From: Mustelus asterias
Lineage: Eukaryota
Direction of reading: 5' to 3'
NCBI RefSeq assembly: GCF_964213995.1
Contig: NW_027590141.1
Span: 186,001-250,000, forward strand
Length of the DNA: 64,000 nt
A program made the translations under genes and the position numbers. The notes under the pieces are model-generated. The model made no database searches. It was not told where the DNA came from and saw only the letters and a list, made by a program, of their open reading frames with translations. Position 1 is the stretch's first letter. Each line of letters starts with the position of its first letter. This document shows positions 25,271 through 37,412 of the stretch, piece after piece.

Positions 25271-26096
25271 ACGGGGATTTTTTCCGAACTGTAGTCATCG
25301 ACTCGGGGAGAAGGAAGCAGAACCACAACCGACCTCTCCTCATCAATTTTCTCACTTCTCACTTAGCGTTTCCTTCCCAATTGAAAGTAAAGAATATGCT
25401 GTTCTCCTGACCGCTGTAACTCAGGCATTGCCATTATTCAAATGATATGAACTCTTTTTAAAAATTATTAATTGGACGTCGGTGACAAGACAATATTTCT
25501 GTCCATCACGTTTTGTCCTCGAACCGGGCTGGGATATTTGAGAGTTCGTTATATTGTTGTTATTCTGCAATCACACACATTCCAGGCCTCGCTAGGATGG
25601 CATATTTCCTTCCACAAAGTGCATTAGTGAACTAGGTGGATTTGCAGTGAAAGCGTTCCAGCACCATCAATGCGACTAGCTTTCAATATCAATTCATCAC
25701 ATTTAAATTTAACCTTGACTTTTCTAAATTTAAATTTTGACCATTTTTCTCCAAAATCGAATTGAAATATAACGATTTGATATGGTGGGATTTGAACTAA
25801 TTTTCCCAAAGCATTATTCTGGGCCCTTGAACTACTTGTCCAGTGACCCCCATGTTGATAATAATTAATAAGAAAAAGCGCAAGTTCTTAAAGTTGACTC
25901 TTCCCAGTACATTATATCAGAATGGGATCACAACCACACAGTGCATCGGGTTGTCTCTGAGTGGACCTTTGAAGAAACGGCAATGTCACAATTAGCTGCA
26001 CCATGACAATTTCCTATCCTAACCCTGCTGATTTCAGACAGTAAGAAGTCTCACAACACCAGGTTAAAGTCCAGCAGGTTTATTTGGTAGCAAATA

Positions 26097-26133
26097 CCAT
26101 AAGCTTTCGGAGCACAGCTCCTTCGTCAGATGG
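26097..26133 (-). ncRNA. Minimal type-I hammerhead ribozyme core within a PLE tail (element ~26040-26160)
   Basis: CCAU-CUGACGA-A-GGAGC-UGU-GCUCC-GAAA-GCUU^AUGG. Catalytic boxes are intact; stem I is 4 bp, stem II is 5 bp, and stem III is the palindrome AAGCUU. Confidence 0.75.
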
Positions 26134-26881
26134 AGTGGATATCTGTTCTCCAACAGTGCATGGCCAGCTTTCAGGACAGCACCCACAGTACACGCTTTAC
26201 ATTATCTCAGGAATAATATACAGGCAACGAGACTTCATTGATTGATTTCTCTGTACCTTCAGTAAAACAAAGAAGATTGCATGGTATTCACAGCCCATCC
26301 ACCGATATCTCAACATTCGAACATAAAAATTAGGCTGCCTGCAAATCTGCTCTAACATTCAGTCAGATTACAGTTCATCTGATTTTCCGTTTAAATCCAC
26401 TTTTCTGCCTTGATCTTCTTGAACCGTGGCATACATTTTCGTTAAAATGTTGGTTTCACTCAGTTTTAAAATTATTCAGTGGCCCACAGCCTCCACCGTT
26501 CTCTGGACTCTCACTGAGTCTCAGGCACTAATGCTTGGATGCTAAAATTAAGAGAATGTGCACAGAACATTGATTGGAAATCCACCAAATGTATCAACAC
26601 TCCTTGCTCCTCCGTTCCAATAACAAAATGAAGGTTTTTTTCTTGACATCCCGTTTCCAAAGCGGAACAATTCGCCCAACAGTGACACCGAATGTAGTAC
26701 AGGTTGGGGAGCTTCTATTCACTGATAGTCATCTGAGCAATTACCAATTTCACGGTGCCACTGGCGAGACACGGAACTGACGCATGAGCCTCTGAGAAAT
26801 GTCGTCAGATTATTAAGGGTGGGGATTTAGAATGGGTGTCTTCAAATAACCAATTCCGCTTTCACAGAGCGGACAGAGACA

Positions 26882-27340
26882 ATGAAGATGCTCGTCATTT
26901 GGATTGTGTGGGGGGCATTTCTAACAGGTATTTCTGGGCATCACGTTAGTTTTCTCATTTCCAAAACTTGGGTGGAATCTTACTGTTGAGTACACATCAC
27001 TCTTTTCTCTATCTATTTGAACATATTTTCCAGGTCTGAGCCATGGAGATTCTGTCACTCAGCCGCTGTCCTCAGATGTTAAGCCAGAAGGAGACGTGGT
27101 GATATTAAACTGCAACTATGATACTGCAGAAACCATCTATAGATTATACTGGTATCGACAGCATCCAGACTCCCAGCCCGAGTACATACTGTGGAAGCAC
27201 TCGGAGGGTAATGAAGATAAAGCAGATTTTGCTAAAATCCGTTTCTCGACTGACCTCAAAATCCCGAAGAAATCCATCAGTTTGACTATCTCGGATCTGC
27301 AGTTGTCTGACGCGGCCGTGTATTACTGCGCTTTCAGACT
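26882..27340 (+). CDS. TCR alpha/delta-type V gene segment V1, intact (leader 26882-26927, intron, V exon 27034-27340)
   Basis: MKMLVIWIVWGAFLT|G, GT-AG phase-1 intron, then GLSHGDSVTQP..VILNC..LYWYRQ..LTISDLQLSDAAVYYCAFR with Cys23, Trp41 and Cys104. Confidence 0.93.
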
Positions 27341-27379
27341 CACAATGATGGAAAGCAGCCTGAGTCCTGTACAAAAACT
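27341..27379 (+). promoter_or_regulatory. 23-RSS of V1
   Basis: CACAATG + 23 nt + ACAAAAACT. Confidence 0.93.
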
Positions 27380-28537
27380 GTCTCAGCAGGATAAGTCAGA
27401 GCTCCTCGCTGCTGTATAGAACCTCTGGCAGATGCAGCCACAATGAGCAGCGGCGCTGTCAGCCGCTCAAACACAAACCGACAGGAAACCACATTCACCT
27501 CGGATCAACTGTCACCCAACTGTTTCCAGGAGAGGCCGAGAAAACAAACTGCAGAACCGTTTTAGGCCGACAAGTCCATCACATAATGAATGTGTCAATT
27601 AAATCGTCCCTTCTGCTGCTAATCAACTCTGTATTCCTCTAAAATCAGACCTGGGTGATAAAATCCCAAACATCCGTCAAACCTGGCCGTGAAGCGCCAC
27701 ACACACAGCAGACGGACAGTTCTCCATGTCTGTGTGACGTCCTCTGATCCCGAAGTCCCTATTTGTCCTTTCCTTATTTTTCCATGCCTGCTTACCATAT
27801 TGAACACCACTCGCTCCATCTCCCTTTTCAGTTTCTGGGGGCCTTTGAGGGTGAGCTGTTCATAGCGTTTATTTGATCACTATTGCTACATTCCAGGCAG
27901 CTTGCACACCCTGAACACATTTCATAAAGTTGTGACTTTGATTTCTCAAACAAATCCGAGCAGCCAATTTCCACATCTCCCTGACTGTCTCCACCTGATA
28001 CCAGGGTAGCATTAAACTTCTTATCATATCTGGCTTGTTCATCTGTTTGTCGCTGCTCCTTGATTCTGTAAATCAGATGAATATTTGAATACTGTTTGGG
28101 AAACATTGTGAAATTCAATTGAATGATCAAAGTCAATGAGTTCTGAAATCTGTTCATTTTTCATAAACTGTTTCGGACGCAACAGCACAGTCTGATCAAA
28201 AAAAACCAGAGAACTGGTCTCGGGCCAAAGGCTCCAGAAATCTAAAAGGGGAGATGAGGAAGAGTTGTTTAATGTTACAGAGAGGCATGGAAACAGCTTC
28301 AAAACACTAAGTCAACGAAATAGATCAAATAGATTTATAACGGCGAGTTTAATTATGTACGCGAGTTAAAACCAACTAATACAATTCCGCAAGTGTCCCT
28401 CACCTCTTCTTGTGGGGGGTTATATTTTGTTCTTTTCGGAAGATTCCTGTGACTCCCACTGAGTTTAATTCTTGTCCCTATTTATCGGTGTGACAGCGTC
28501 ATCCTCTGGCCACCAACTGGAACACCCATTCTGGGGA

Positions 28538-28990
28538 GTTTCGTCTCCTGGATCCGCTCTATGTATCTATGTGTGCTCCATCGCACGGAAATACACAGCA
28601 GTATCCGACAGAAGATATAAAGGAACTGTTTTGTTTCCCTTCAGCAAATCTGCAGAGAACTTCGGTTTGGGGACCTTTCTTCACCCCCTAAGCTATATTT
28701 CTTCAGCAAATATCTCGGAGCTTCCCCGGAAGACTGCATGTACCAGAGGAGAGCTGGGGTAGTGTAGATTATCAAGTAACGGCAGTCCAGTCCACACTGT
28801 CCTTCCCGAATTGTCAATTCGAAATGAGCCTGGAACACTGAAGTTTTGCCACTCATTCATGTCACGTAAATACAGATTAGCTCAAAAGTCAGGGTTTAAA
28901 AATAACCACTGGATGACATGGTTACCATTTAATAATGGACCCGCCGGGCAGCAAGATCATTATAATCAGTAAGGAGCATGGAGAACACAT
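28538..28990 (-). pseudogene. Inverted TCR V pseudogene with degenerate RSS
   Basis: 46-nt leader MCSPCSLLIIMILLP|G (28990-28945, GC donor). V exon SVFQ..LDC..LLWYMQSSGEAPRYLL, frameshift, then KFSADL..SDTAVYFRAME (Cys104->Arg). Heptamer CACATAG at 28573-28567 and a weak nonamer. Confidence 0.8.
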
Positions 28991-29914
28991 GGTTTCCGTG
29001 TATACATCTCGATACAAAGTAACAAAATGCTCTAATTCTGCCGGTGATTCCAATCCAGTGTAAAGGGTAGCCCCTGTTATAATCTGGTTTTATTTTTTGA
29101 GAAACTGAGGGGCATTTCCCAGAGACAGGATTGGCTACTCTGCCGGAACTGATGGATATTCCCCGCCAATAAATGAGAGCTGTAAAGAATCGCATTTTCT
29201 GGTTCCTTCTGTGTCTCATGCGACTTTCCTCATAACTCTGTCTCATTGCTTCCGTCTCTCTGTTATACCAACCTCTCATTTTTTGTAAACCTCCTTATCG
29301 CTATCAAATGACTGGAAATTAATTCAAATAATTCAAAGGGTGACAACAGAGTTTGACAAACTCGACAAACAAAGCTACCCGAAACCACCAGCAGGTGGCG
29401 TGACTTACCGTCGTTGCGGTGTTTTCACATTGCTACCTGACAATCAATGTGCCCTTTGTATTTGTCTCATTTAATGAATCCGTCATTAGTAGAGACCATG
29501 AGATTGGCGGTGTAAATAAGAAGCAGATAGCTAAAGTTAGCGACATACATTTAAAGTCACGTGTGTCCTCTGCTCTTGGATTGTTTGGAAATGGATAATG
29601 TTCACCAGATTTAAGCAGTGATCCTTCCTTGTTGATCAGCCCCACAACTCGCCATCAGCAATTGCTGAAGCGATTCATTCCGCTGCTGTCTGCACCCGGG
29701 CAAAGTCAGTGAAGGCAAAAGTAGCGGAGCAGATCATGGCTGCATTTCGCGTTTTATCGACAGTCATCCAATGGAGCAGCACCACCTTATCCTCACTGCT
29801 CACATCCGCACAGCGAAGTGTGTAAACCACCAAGGGAATCCTGTAAATCCATAACATTTTCAGATCGTGCGATGGGCCATTCACCCCATCGTGTGTGCTT
29901 GGCTGTCATTAATT

Positions 29915-30232
29915 GGTACAGTGGTGTCACAGTGGTTAGCACTGCTGCCTCATAATTCCAGGGATCCGGGTTCAGTTCCAGGCTACGTGGAGTTTGCAGA
30001 TGCTCCCAGTGTCTGTGTGGGGTGCCCCTTTCCTCCGACAGTTCAATGATGTGCAGGTTAGATGCGTTTAGCATGCCAACTTGTCAAATATTTGTGGGTT
30101 AGAATAAATCGCCACGAGAAATCTGTGGGGTTACGGTGATGGAGCAGGGGAGAGGACCAGGAAAATATACTCTGTCGGAGAGTCACTGCAGACTCGAAGA
30201 GCCTGATGGCCTCCTTTTGCACTGTATGGATT
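29915..30232 (+). mobile_element. SINE
   Basis: GTGGTGTCACAGTGGTTAGCACTGCTGCCTC head and GGCCTCCTTTTGCACTG tail. Confidence 0.8.
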
Positions 30233-31726
30233 CGAAGACAATTATTGATCTTTTCATCAACTGCATTCCCTAAACTCCATATTCCTTATGCAAACGTAAT
30301 TGGAGCAGCGCTGGTAAGCTTACTTCCAGCAATGTAGCTCAAACAGACATGAGAGTTTATTTATTGAATTTTCAGTCATCTACCTGAATCACTCAAACAT
30401 TCTGGTTCACTGTGTACCATTCAGGATACCTGTCACTGAATCAAGTGGTTAGCTGATTTCCGTCAAACACTTACTCATCTCGAACCTCTTAATGAGGAAG
30501 TATGATCTGTATTGCTGAACGTTCCCCTCCAGTTATTTCTCGGATCTGATCTGCTTTCTTCCCGACTACAAGATACAATAGCAAATCTTCCCTTGTTGGT
30601 GTTTCTTCCAACATTTCGGATTATATAAGCATCTGAAACCAATCGTAGAAGCTATTCGGTTACCTCCTTTACCGACTTCTTGCATAGAATTAATACGAGA
30701 CAATATAAATCTCCATTACTATTGTTGCATAATTTGTCTGCATATTTCTTCCACTATCTTCCTTCCCGGTGCAGAGACATGGTGAGGGACACAATAAGTT
30801 CAGAGATAGGGTTGTCGAGGTGAAGAGCTATAGAGTGACATGAAGATGTACAGATTCCGAAAGATACTGAGTAAGAAACTCCTGATATTGAGTTTGATGT
30901 AACGGTTAAAATGCACTCAGTGTAAACGTTTCCATCGCATCTTCTGATTCTGATTCGCACGCTGTCTCTCAAAGGCAATAAAGGAAGACTTCCATTTATA
31001 TACCGCCGTTCATGACATCAGGACTTCACAAAGAACTTTACACCCAAAGAAGTCTTCGAATTTTCATCACTGTCTTAATATAGGAGTCTTGGCAGTTAAT
31101 AGGTGCGCTTCAAACTCCACAAAGAACAAAGTGATAATCAGGTCATCGATTTTAGTGATTTTGATTGGAGGGCTGATGGAAAGTGACATCTGTCAGAAAA
31201 CCTGTCATTCTGTCATCTAAGTTGCCATTTCCGCTCATCGGTCGCACAGATATACATTCAAGTTCACATTTCAGGTTTTGGCTCATTTAGTTCCACTGTT
31301 GAGGCGGAGGGTGGGTGATGCACTTTTATAGGAAAGTCCAGTAGATCCGCAATGAGTCTCGATTCCCTCATCTGCCTGAGTGTTTTGCCCCCCTATTTCT
31401 TTGTTGTGAAGAACGATTTTAAAAAAAGAATCTTCTGGCAAATATGCGCCATTTCCCATAGATCACTTACAATATCACTTGTGTCAGTCTTCTATTAGAA
31501 AAGTTTCAGATGGTGATTCACGATGTTAGTCTGCACCTATAATCCCATTAAATTCTGTTGTACAATGAGTCTGTCAAAAAACTATCAGCATTAATTATTT
31601 TACGGTTAATATTTGCCGAGGTCAGAGCAAAGATAATATGGTTCTAACATCGAGATTCGGGTAATTTTGAGCAACGAACTGCAATCATACGGATTTTGCC
31701 CACTCGACATGAAAAAGTTTAAGGAA

Positions 31727-31788
31727 TGTTTCGAACCGCGGCCCTTTCGCATGTGAGGCGAACGTGATAACCACTACAATACAGAAAC
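31727..31788 (-). pseudogene. tRNA-Val(CAC) pseudogene
   Basis: GTTTCTGTATTGTAGTGGTTATCACGTTCGCCT-CAC-ATGCGAAAGG..GGTTCGAAAC; 11-nt deletion in the 3' T/acceptor arm. Confidence 0.85.
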
Positions 31789-32934
31789 AGCTGGCAACAG
31801 CTTAAAACAAATCGGCCTGTCTGCAATGTTCAACTGCGCTGTGTTGCTGCAGATTACAATGGTTCGACTGAGAGCCAATGTCACTTAAATCGGAAGACAA
31901 CCGTTACTTTCAACCTGATTGCTCAACTTAACTTTAACGTCAAAGTTTAAAAGCGTTCGTCCATCATTTTTCTAAGGGAGCAAAGATTTCGGCTCATTCA
32001 TTAATTTTCATCTATCTTCGAATAATCTCAACCAATTGTACTCAGTAATAAAAGCAAATTACTGAGGATGCTGGAATCTGAAACCAAAACAGGAAATGCT
32101 GGAAAACCTCACAAGCATCTGTGAGGAGAGAAAGGAGCTGACGTTTCGTGTCCAGATGACACTTCATCAACGCTCATTGTACAATTGTACTCAGTATTTG
32201 TTTCAATATTTAGTATCAACGCATTATTTAAACACACGTCTTCATGATGAATTGAATATCTCTGAAATTGAATATCACTCAATTGCAAACATAACTGACC
32301 ACCAAATGAATCGAGTCACCGGGTAATACAGATCGCAATTTTGAGAATGACCATAGTCAGCTTTTAAACAAAGTCAATTACATTTAAATGGAAGGGATTG
32401 AAGAATTATCTCTTAGTTACACTTGAGCTTTTTTTTGTCATGGGCGCGAAACATTCAGACGCATGAATTCCGGCCATCTATGGGAAAGTCCAGTAGATCC
32501 GCACTGAATCTCGATTTCCTCATCTGTCTCAGTGGCTTTTCCAATTTTTTGCTATGAAGAACGATATAAAAACTCTTCTGGGAAATGTGCGCCATTTCCT
32601 CTGGTTTACTTACAGTATCACTTGTGTCTGTCTTTTTGAGCACACACTACTATTTGTCATGTTCCAGATGGTGATTATGTCATTCTGCACTGATAGGCCC
32701 ATTAAATTCGGTTGTAGACTGAACGACATGCGAATATGTACACGTTGTCAAAGTCGAAAGGTTTCTTTCCTGTCAGTGCGTCAAGAAATATCAGCATTTC
32801 TTATTTTACAGAAAGCATTTGAGGCTCAGGTTAGAGCAAAAATAATTTGGCTGTCACATCAAAGTTCGGATAATGTTGAGCAACGAACTGAAATCATGCA
32901 GATTTCTTCACCCGACATGAGAAAACTTAATGAA

Positions 32935-32991
32935 CGTTTCCCCCCGGGGACCTTTGGCGTGTGAGGCGAACGTGATAACCACTATAGAAAC
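32935..32991 (-). pseudogene. tRNA-Val(CAC) pseudogene
   Basis: Same tRNA with the B box deleted (11 nt) and a 5-nt deletion at the 5' end. Confidence 0.8.
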
Positions 32992-33903
32992 AGCTGGCAG
33001 CAAACTCCAGCAAATCTATCTATCTGCAATGTTAACTGCGCTGTGTTTCTGCAGGTTCCAATGGCTTGACTGAGAGCCCATGTCACTTGTTTCAGGAAGA
33101 AAACCGTTACTTTCAATCTGATTGCTCGCATTATCTTGAACTTCAAAATTTAAAAGCGTTCGTTTGGCAAATATCTACGGGACCAATGATTTCTGCTCAT
33201 TCATTAATGCATCCATTCTCATCGTCCATTGAAAATTCTCAACCGATTGTGCTCATTAATAAAAGCAAATTACTGAGGATGCTGGAATCAGAAAACAAAA
33301 GAGAAAATGCTGGAAAATCTCACGTGGTCTGGCAGCATCTGTGAGGAGAGAAAGGAGCTGACGTTTCAGATCCAGATGGCACTTTATCAAAGCTCATTGT
33401 ACAATTGTACTCAGTATTTGTTTCAATATTTAATATCAATGCATTATTTAACACATATGTCACAGTTTAACACAGAAAACATCGCTATCACCGGCTCCTG
33501 TGAGATCGAGTCTGCAGCAATGACACCTGCAGAAATTTAGAAACATCAAGCGTTAAGATGTCATTATCATTTGATTGTAAATAATAGCATTAGGGAACGG
33601 ATCACATTGTAATTTGCAACAAAGCGAAATTAAATTAATGTCAAAGTTGCTTGCAAGAGGAAGATTGTCTAAATTGTTGACTGACCAAGTAAGAGAGCTG
33701 AAACAGTGAGAACTTAATACAAACGAGACCCTACATGTTAGCAGCAAGTTTATTGCGGAATTAAACAGAATGGGTGAACCTGTAATTGTTTCTGTGAAGA
33801 TATTCATATATATCCGGTCTCTCCAGCGATTGGTTCATTCCTGAAAGAATCAACTGGTGACGTCTCATCAGCTCCACGGCCTCCTGTTCTCCAATTCATC
33901 CGT

Positions 33904-33938
33904 CACCTGATGAAGGCGCAGCGCTCCGAAAGCTCGTG
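33904..33938 (+). ncRNA. Hammerhead core in PLE tail (element ~33902-34015, TSD CCAATTCATCC)
   Basis: CAC-CUGAUGA-A-GGCGC-AGC-GCUCC-GAAA-GCUC^GUG; one stem-II mismatch. Confidence 0.65.
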
Positions 33939-35349
33939 CTACCAATTTTAACCTGGTGTTGTGAGACGACTCATTGTGCCTACCCCAGTCCAACGCAGGC
34001 AACTCCACATCATGGCCAATTCATCCAATCAGCTCACAGACCCTTTGATCTCCAATTCATTACGTCAGAGCAGCTTCAGCGAATCAGTCAAGTTGTTTTT
34101 TAGAGAGACGAGAATTCACTACAATATTGGCCCCTTACACAGCGTGGGAGGTGATGGCCGTGAGGGGAAACAGTTAATGTTGTTGTAACAATGTCGGAAG
34201 TTCCAATTCGATAGTTTCAATATTTTGCATATCTCTTTTCATATTATATCAAATTGAAAACATACACAACTAAGAACCAATGTCCCAAAATACCTTTTTT
34301 TGATTTTGGGATGCCTCGCATTTAACATCAGCAGGGTTCTTATCAAACATCACAGCAGCGGGTGGGGGCGGTGGAGGGGGAAGGGGTATGGTTCCATAGA
34401 TTGATCTTCCAGATTCAATATCATCGAGGAGATTCTGAACAGGCGTTGGAGTGTGGTGACTCGGCGATTTTCACAGTAACTTAATTTCAGTGTGAATGTA
34501 AGCCTACTTGTGACTAATAAATAAACTTTATACTTGCCTCAGAATGTTCCTGGAAACATCTCTTTTCTCAGGAAATCCACCTCCGGCCTCAGAATTTATA
34601 TTTATCTAAATTAACTGCATCTAACACTCGTAGGCAATGAGTTTCTGGTTCTTAGTGCTCGCTGCGGAAAAATGTTCCTTCCAAATCTTCTCTGCGCCCG
34701 CCTTGCCAAAAATCTTTAAATTTGCCTCTTCCCCCTCAAAACTTATCCTAATTTAGTCCACCTCGATTAAATCACTCCTCAATCTTCTTCGCTCAAATGG
34801 AGAATAATCGCAGGGTCATAAACCTCGCTAATTTTAACTTTTCTAAACTAAACTTACTTCAAAGAAATTCCTCAATGGAATTTAACTAGAATTTCTCAAC
34901 TTTTGAAAAAACATTTCGATGGAACTTGAGTATTTTGTGAACTTCTTTCTACGAAAGATATTTAAATTAAATTCCTTCGCAGAGTTTTACAAATTTTCAT
35001 CAACTTATTAGAAACTATTTTCACCATTTTGAAAAATGTAAGATTTCCACGTTATTTATCTAGAAATTCCCAACTTTTTAAAAGATAGCTTAAAATACTT
35101 TTTCCAAATAATTTCACGAAAATTCGTAATTTAAAGAAAATAATTTAAACATACTCAATGAAAGTTTATCAGTGGAATCTTACTTAAAATGGCCAACTTT
35201 CTTTTAAAAATTAATGACCTAAGATAAATTTCTTCATAGAAGGTGACTGGATTGAGTAAACATTTGTCTGAATTGGTTTAAAGTTACTGAAAATACATTT
35301 TTTCATCGAAACTGAAATGGAGTTTACGAACTATTTTTAAAATTTACAG

Positions 35350-35422
35350 CGAGCCAGCCAGGAGTCGAACCTGGAATCTTCTGATCCGTAGTCAGACGCG
35401 TTATCCATTGCGCCACTGGCCC
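35350..35422 (-). tRNA. tRNA-Arg(ACG), intact
   Basis: GGGCCAGTGGCGCAATGGATAACGCGTCTGACT-ACG-GATCAGAAGATTCCAGGTTCGACTCCTGGCTGGCTCG, 73 nt, canonical vertebrate sequence. Confidence 0.97.
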
Positions 35423-35699
35423 ACATACGGGGAATTTGCAACATTTGCTACATATTGGCCAGACGGTTCAAAGCCGGGCAGAAACCAATACGTTTAAGTG
35501 AGGAATGGTTGCTTAATTAATATTTTATTTACTGCCATCCCTAATGGCCCTTGAATTCAGTCAATCTGCTGTGTTGGAATTCAGCCTGCTTCTCTGCGTT
35601 TAATTTCCAGCGACAGTAACACGACTCAACCCCTTACTACTCCCCCTGTGAATCCACTGCCGAACATTACCCGAGTAGAATATCTTACAATCAAAGACA

Positions 35700-36290
35700 T
35701 TGGCTCTTACTTATGCCTAAAAATACATTCAGGGAAAAAGAGAAGTGCTGAAAATTCACAACAAAATGAACAGGAAAGAAGATGCGCTTATTGTGACTCA
35801 GGAGACATTTTATCAGTTCGAGGTGGCTACAAGAGCAGGTCAGAGGCTGGGAAACCTGCGGCGAATAACTCACCTCCTGACTCCCAAAAAACAGACCGCG
35901 ATCGACAAGGCACAAACCAGGAGTGAGATAGAATACTTTCCACTTGTCTGGAGGATGCAGGAATTCACCAAACGCACATTAGACAGCACCCTCAAAACCC
36001 AAGACCACTACCACTGGCAGGTTTGCCCCCACTCCCCCGATCCACTGCATACCACCCCCCCCCCCACCCCCCCGCCCCCCCGCACCTCAAGTCACTCAGC
36101 ATTCTGATTTGGAAATATATCACCGTTCCTTCACTGTCATTGGGATAAATTCCTGGAATTCTCTCCCTAACAGCACTGTGGGTGTACCTACACAAATACA
36201 CTGCAACGTTTCAAGAAGACAGGTCACCACCACATTCTCAAGGGTAATTACTGATGGGCAGTCCATGCTGATCTAACCAAGCGACACCCA
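35700..36290 (+). mobile_element. Old LINE RT C-terminus and 3' UTR fragment
   Basis: AGQRLGNLRR..HLLTP..KAQ.RS..EY.PL.W. The 3' UTR is shared with ~12660, ~24540, 3300(-) and 11270(-). Confidence 0.6.
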
Positions 36291-36690
36291 CATGAACAAA
36301 AAGAAACATCCAGCCAGTTCCCCGAACCCGCAGTCATGGGATCAGCTGAAGAGGTGAATGGGGATAAAATGAATGCCCAGTTGCATAGCCAACCCTGTTG
36401 AACGTATCTTGATTGTCTATCGAGTGTGTTGTGCTGATAGATTCCCCGCAGTTTGTGCTCAGGTTCTCAAACTAAACCCCATGAGAACCAATCCCTTCAT
36501 CTGCACCGCAAAGAAATAAACAAAATCTGCAATTTATAGAATCTCATAGAATTTTGTGGGAGAGGACGCCACAATGGTTAGATCTGCTGCCTCAGCATGC
36601 CAAGTACGTTGTTTCGATTCCTGGCTTAGTCACTATCTGTGATGATGAAGATTTGCAGCTTTTACAAGCTGCAGCAATAGCACGAATGCA

Positions 36691-36763
36691 ACCCCATTGC
36701 CGTAATGGGTAAGATACTGGCTTTATAAACCACGGGTTGTGTACTCGAGTCCCATCTGGAGTG
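36691..36763 (+). pseudogene. tRNA pseudogene derived from tRNA-Arg(CCT); anticodon position now TAT
   Basis: 73-nt collinear match to the GCCCCAGTGGCCTAATGGATAAGG..GGTTCGAGTCCCA..GGGGT family, with many mismatches and a damaged B box. Confidence 0.7.
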
Positions 36764-37321
36764 CAGATATCAAACGGTTAGGTGTAAAACGCTGGCAAAT
36801 GGATTTCTTATAGACCCTGGCTGTTTCTGGGAAGATGCATTTTGGGTTAGCACTGCTGCCTCACAGCGCCAGGGTCCCAGGTTCAATTCTTGACCTCGGG
36901 TCACAGTATGTGTGGAGTTTGCACTTTCTCCCTGTAGTTTCCTCCGGGTGCTCCGGTTTCCTCCCATAGTGGTCTATCTAGATAGATAGTTATATAGTAT
37001 GCTGCCTTCTGTTAGGCTTTATATATGTGCTTGTATATAATGCAGTATACTGCAGATTCTGTAAATCTGAAATAAAAACAGAAAATGCTGGGTTATTTCA
37101 GTAGTTCTGGCAGTATCTGCGGAGCGAGAAACAGAGTTAACGTTTCCAGTCCAGATGTCAGATGGCCAACCCGGACACGATGGGCCGAAGGGCCCCTTTC
37201 CGTTCTGTAAAACTTTGTGCCTCTATGATCCTTTTTCGGAGTTGGCCAGCGGAAAGCAATCCCGCCGTTTGCACCCGAAACAAATCACAATACCTGACTT
37301 GGTCAAAAGGAGGCAATTAAA

Positions 37322-37412
37322 GGGCTCGTCTAGGATTTGAACCCGGAACCTCCCGCATGTCTCATCGACTAAAATACCCGAAGCAATAATCATGCTCTTC
37401 GACCAACCAACC
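37322..37412 (-). pseudogene. tRNA-Pro(CGG)-like gene with 19-nt insert at canonical intron position 37/38
   Basis: GGTTGGTTGGTCGAAGAGCATGATTATTGCTT-CGG-G[TATTTTAGTCGATGAGACA]TGCGGGAGGTTCCGGGTTCAAATCCTAGACGAGCCC. Confidence 0.8.

Larger units (their letters stand above)
31330..33452. repeat. Tandem duplication (~31330-32240 and ~32480-33452), each copy with a tRNA-Val pseudogene and a PLE tail
   Basis: GGAAAGTCCAGTAGATCCGCA..., GAGCAACGAACTG and CTCATTGTACAATTGTACTCAG each occur twice, collinearly. Confidence 0.85.

Noticed and set aside
27790-28045. Possible minus-strand exon ending at G|GTAAG; also ORF 29675-29884
   Set aside because: In-frame stop or no recognisable homology; cannot be supported without a search.
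30470-30635. Exon-like minus-strand segment with AG/GTAAGT
   Set aside because: Translates to a decayed CR1 endonuclease C-terminus (TPTREDLLLYLVVG..QIREIT).
31274-31330. Possible 12-RSS (AGGTTTTGG-12-CACTGTT) before a D/J-like stretch
   Set aside because: The heptamer lacks the essential terminal GTG, and there is no FGxG motif or second RSS.
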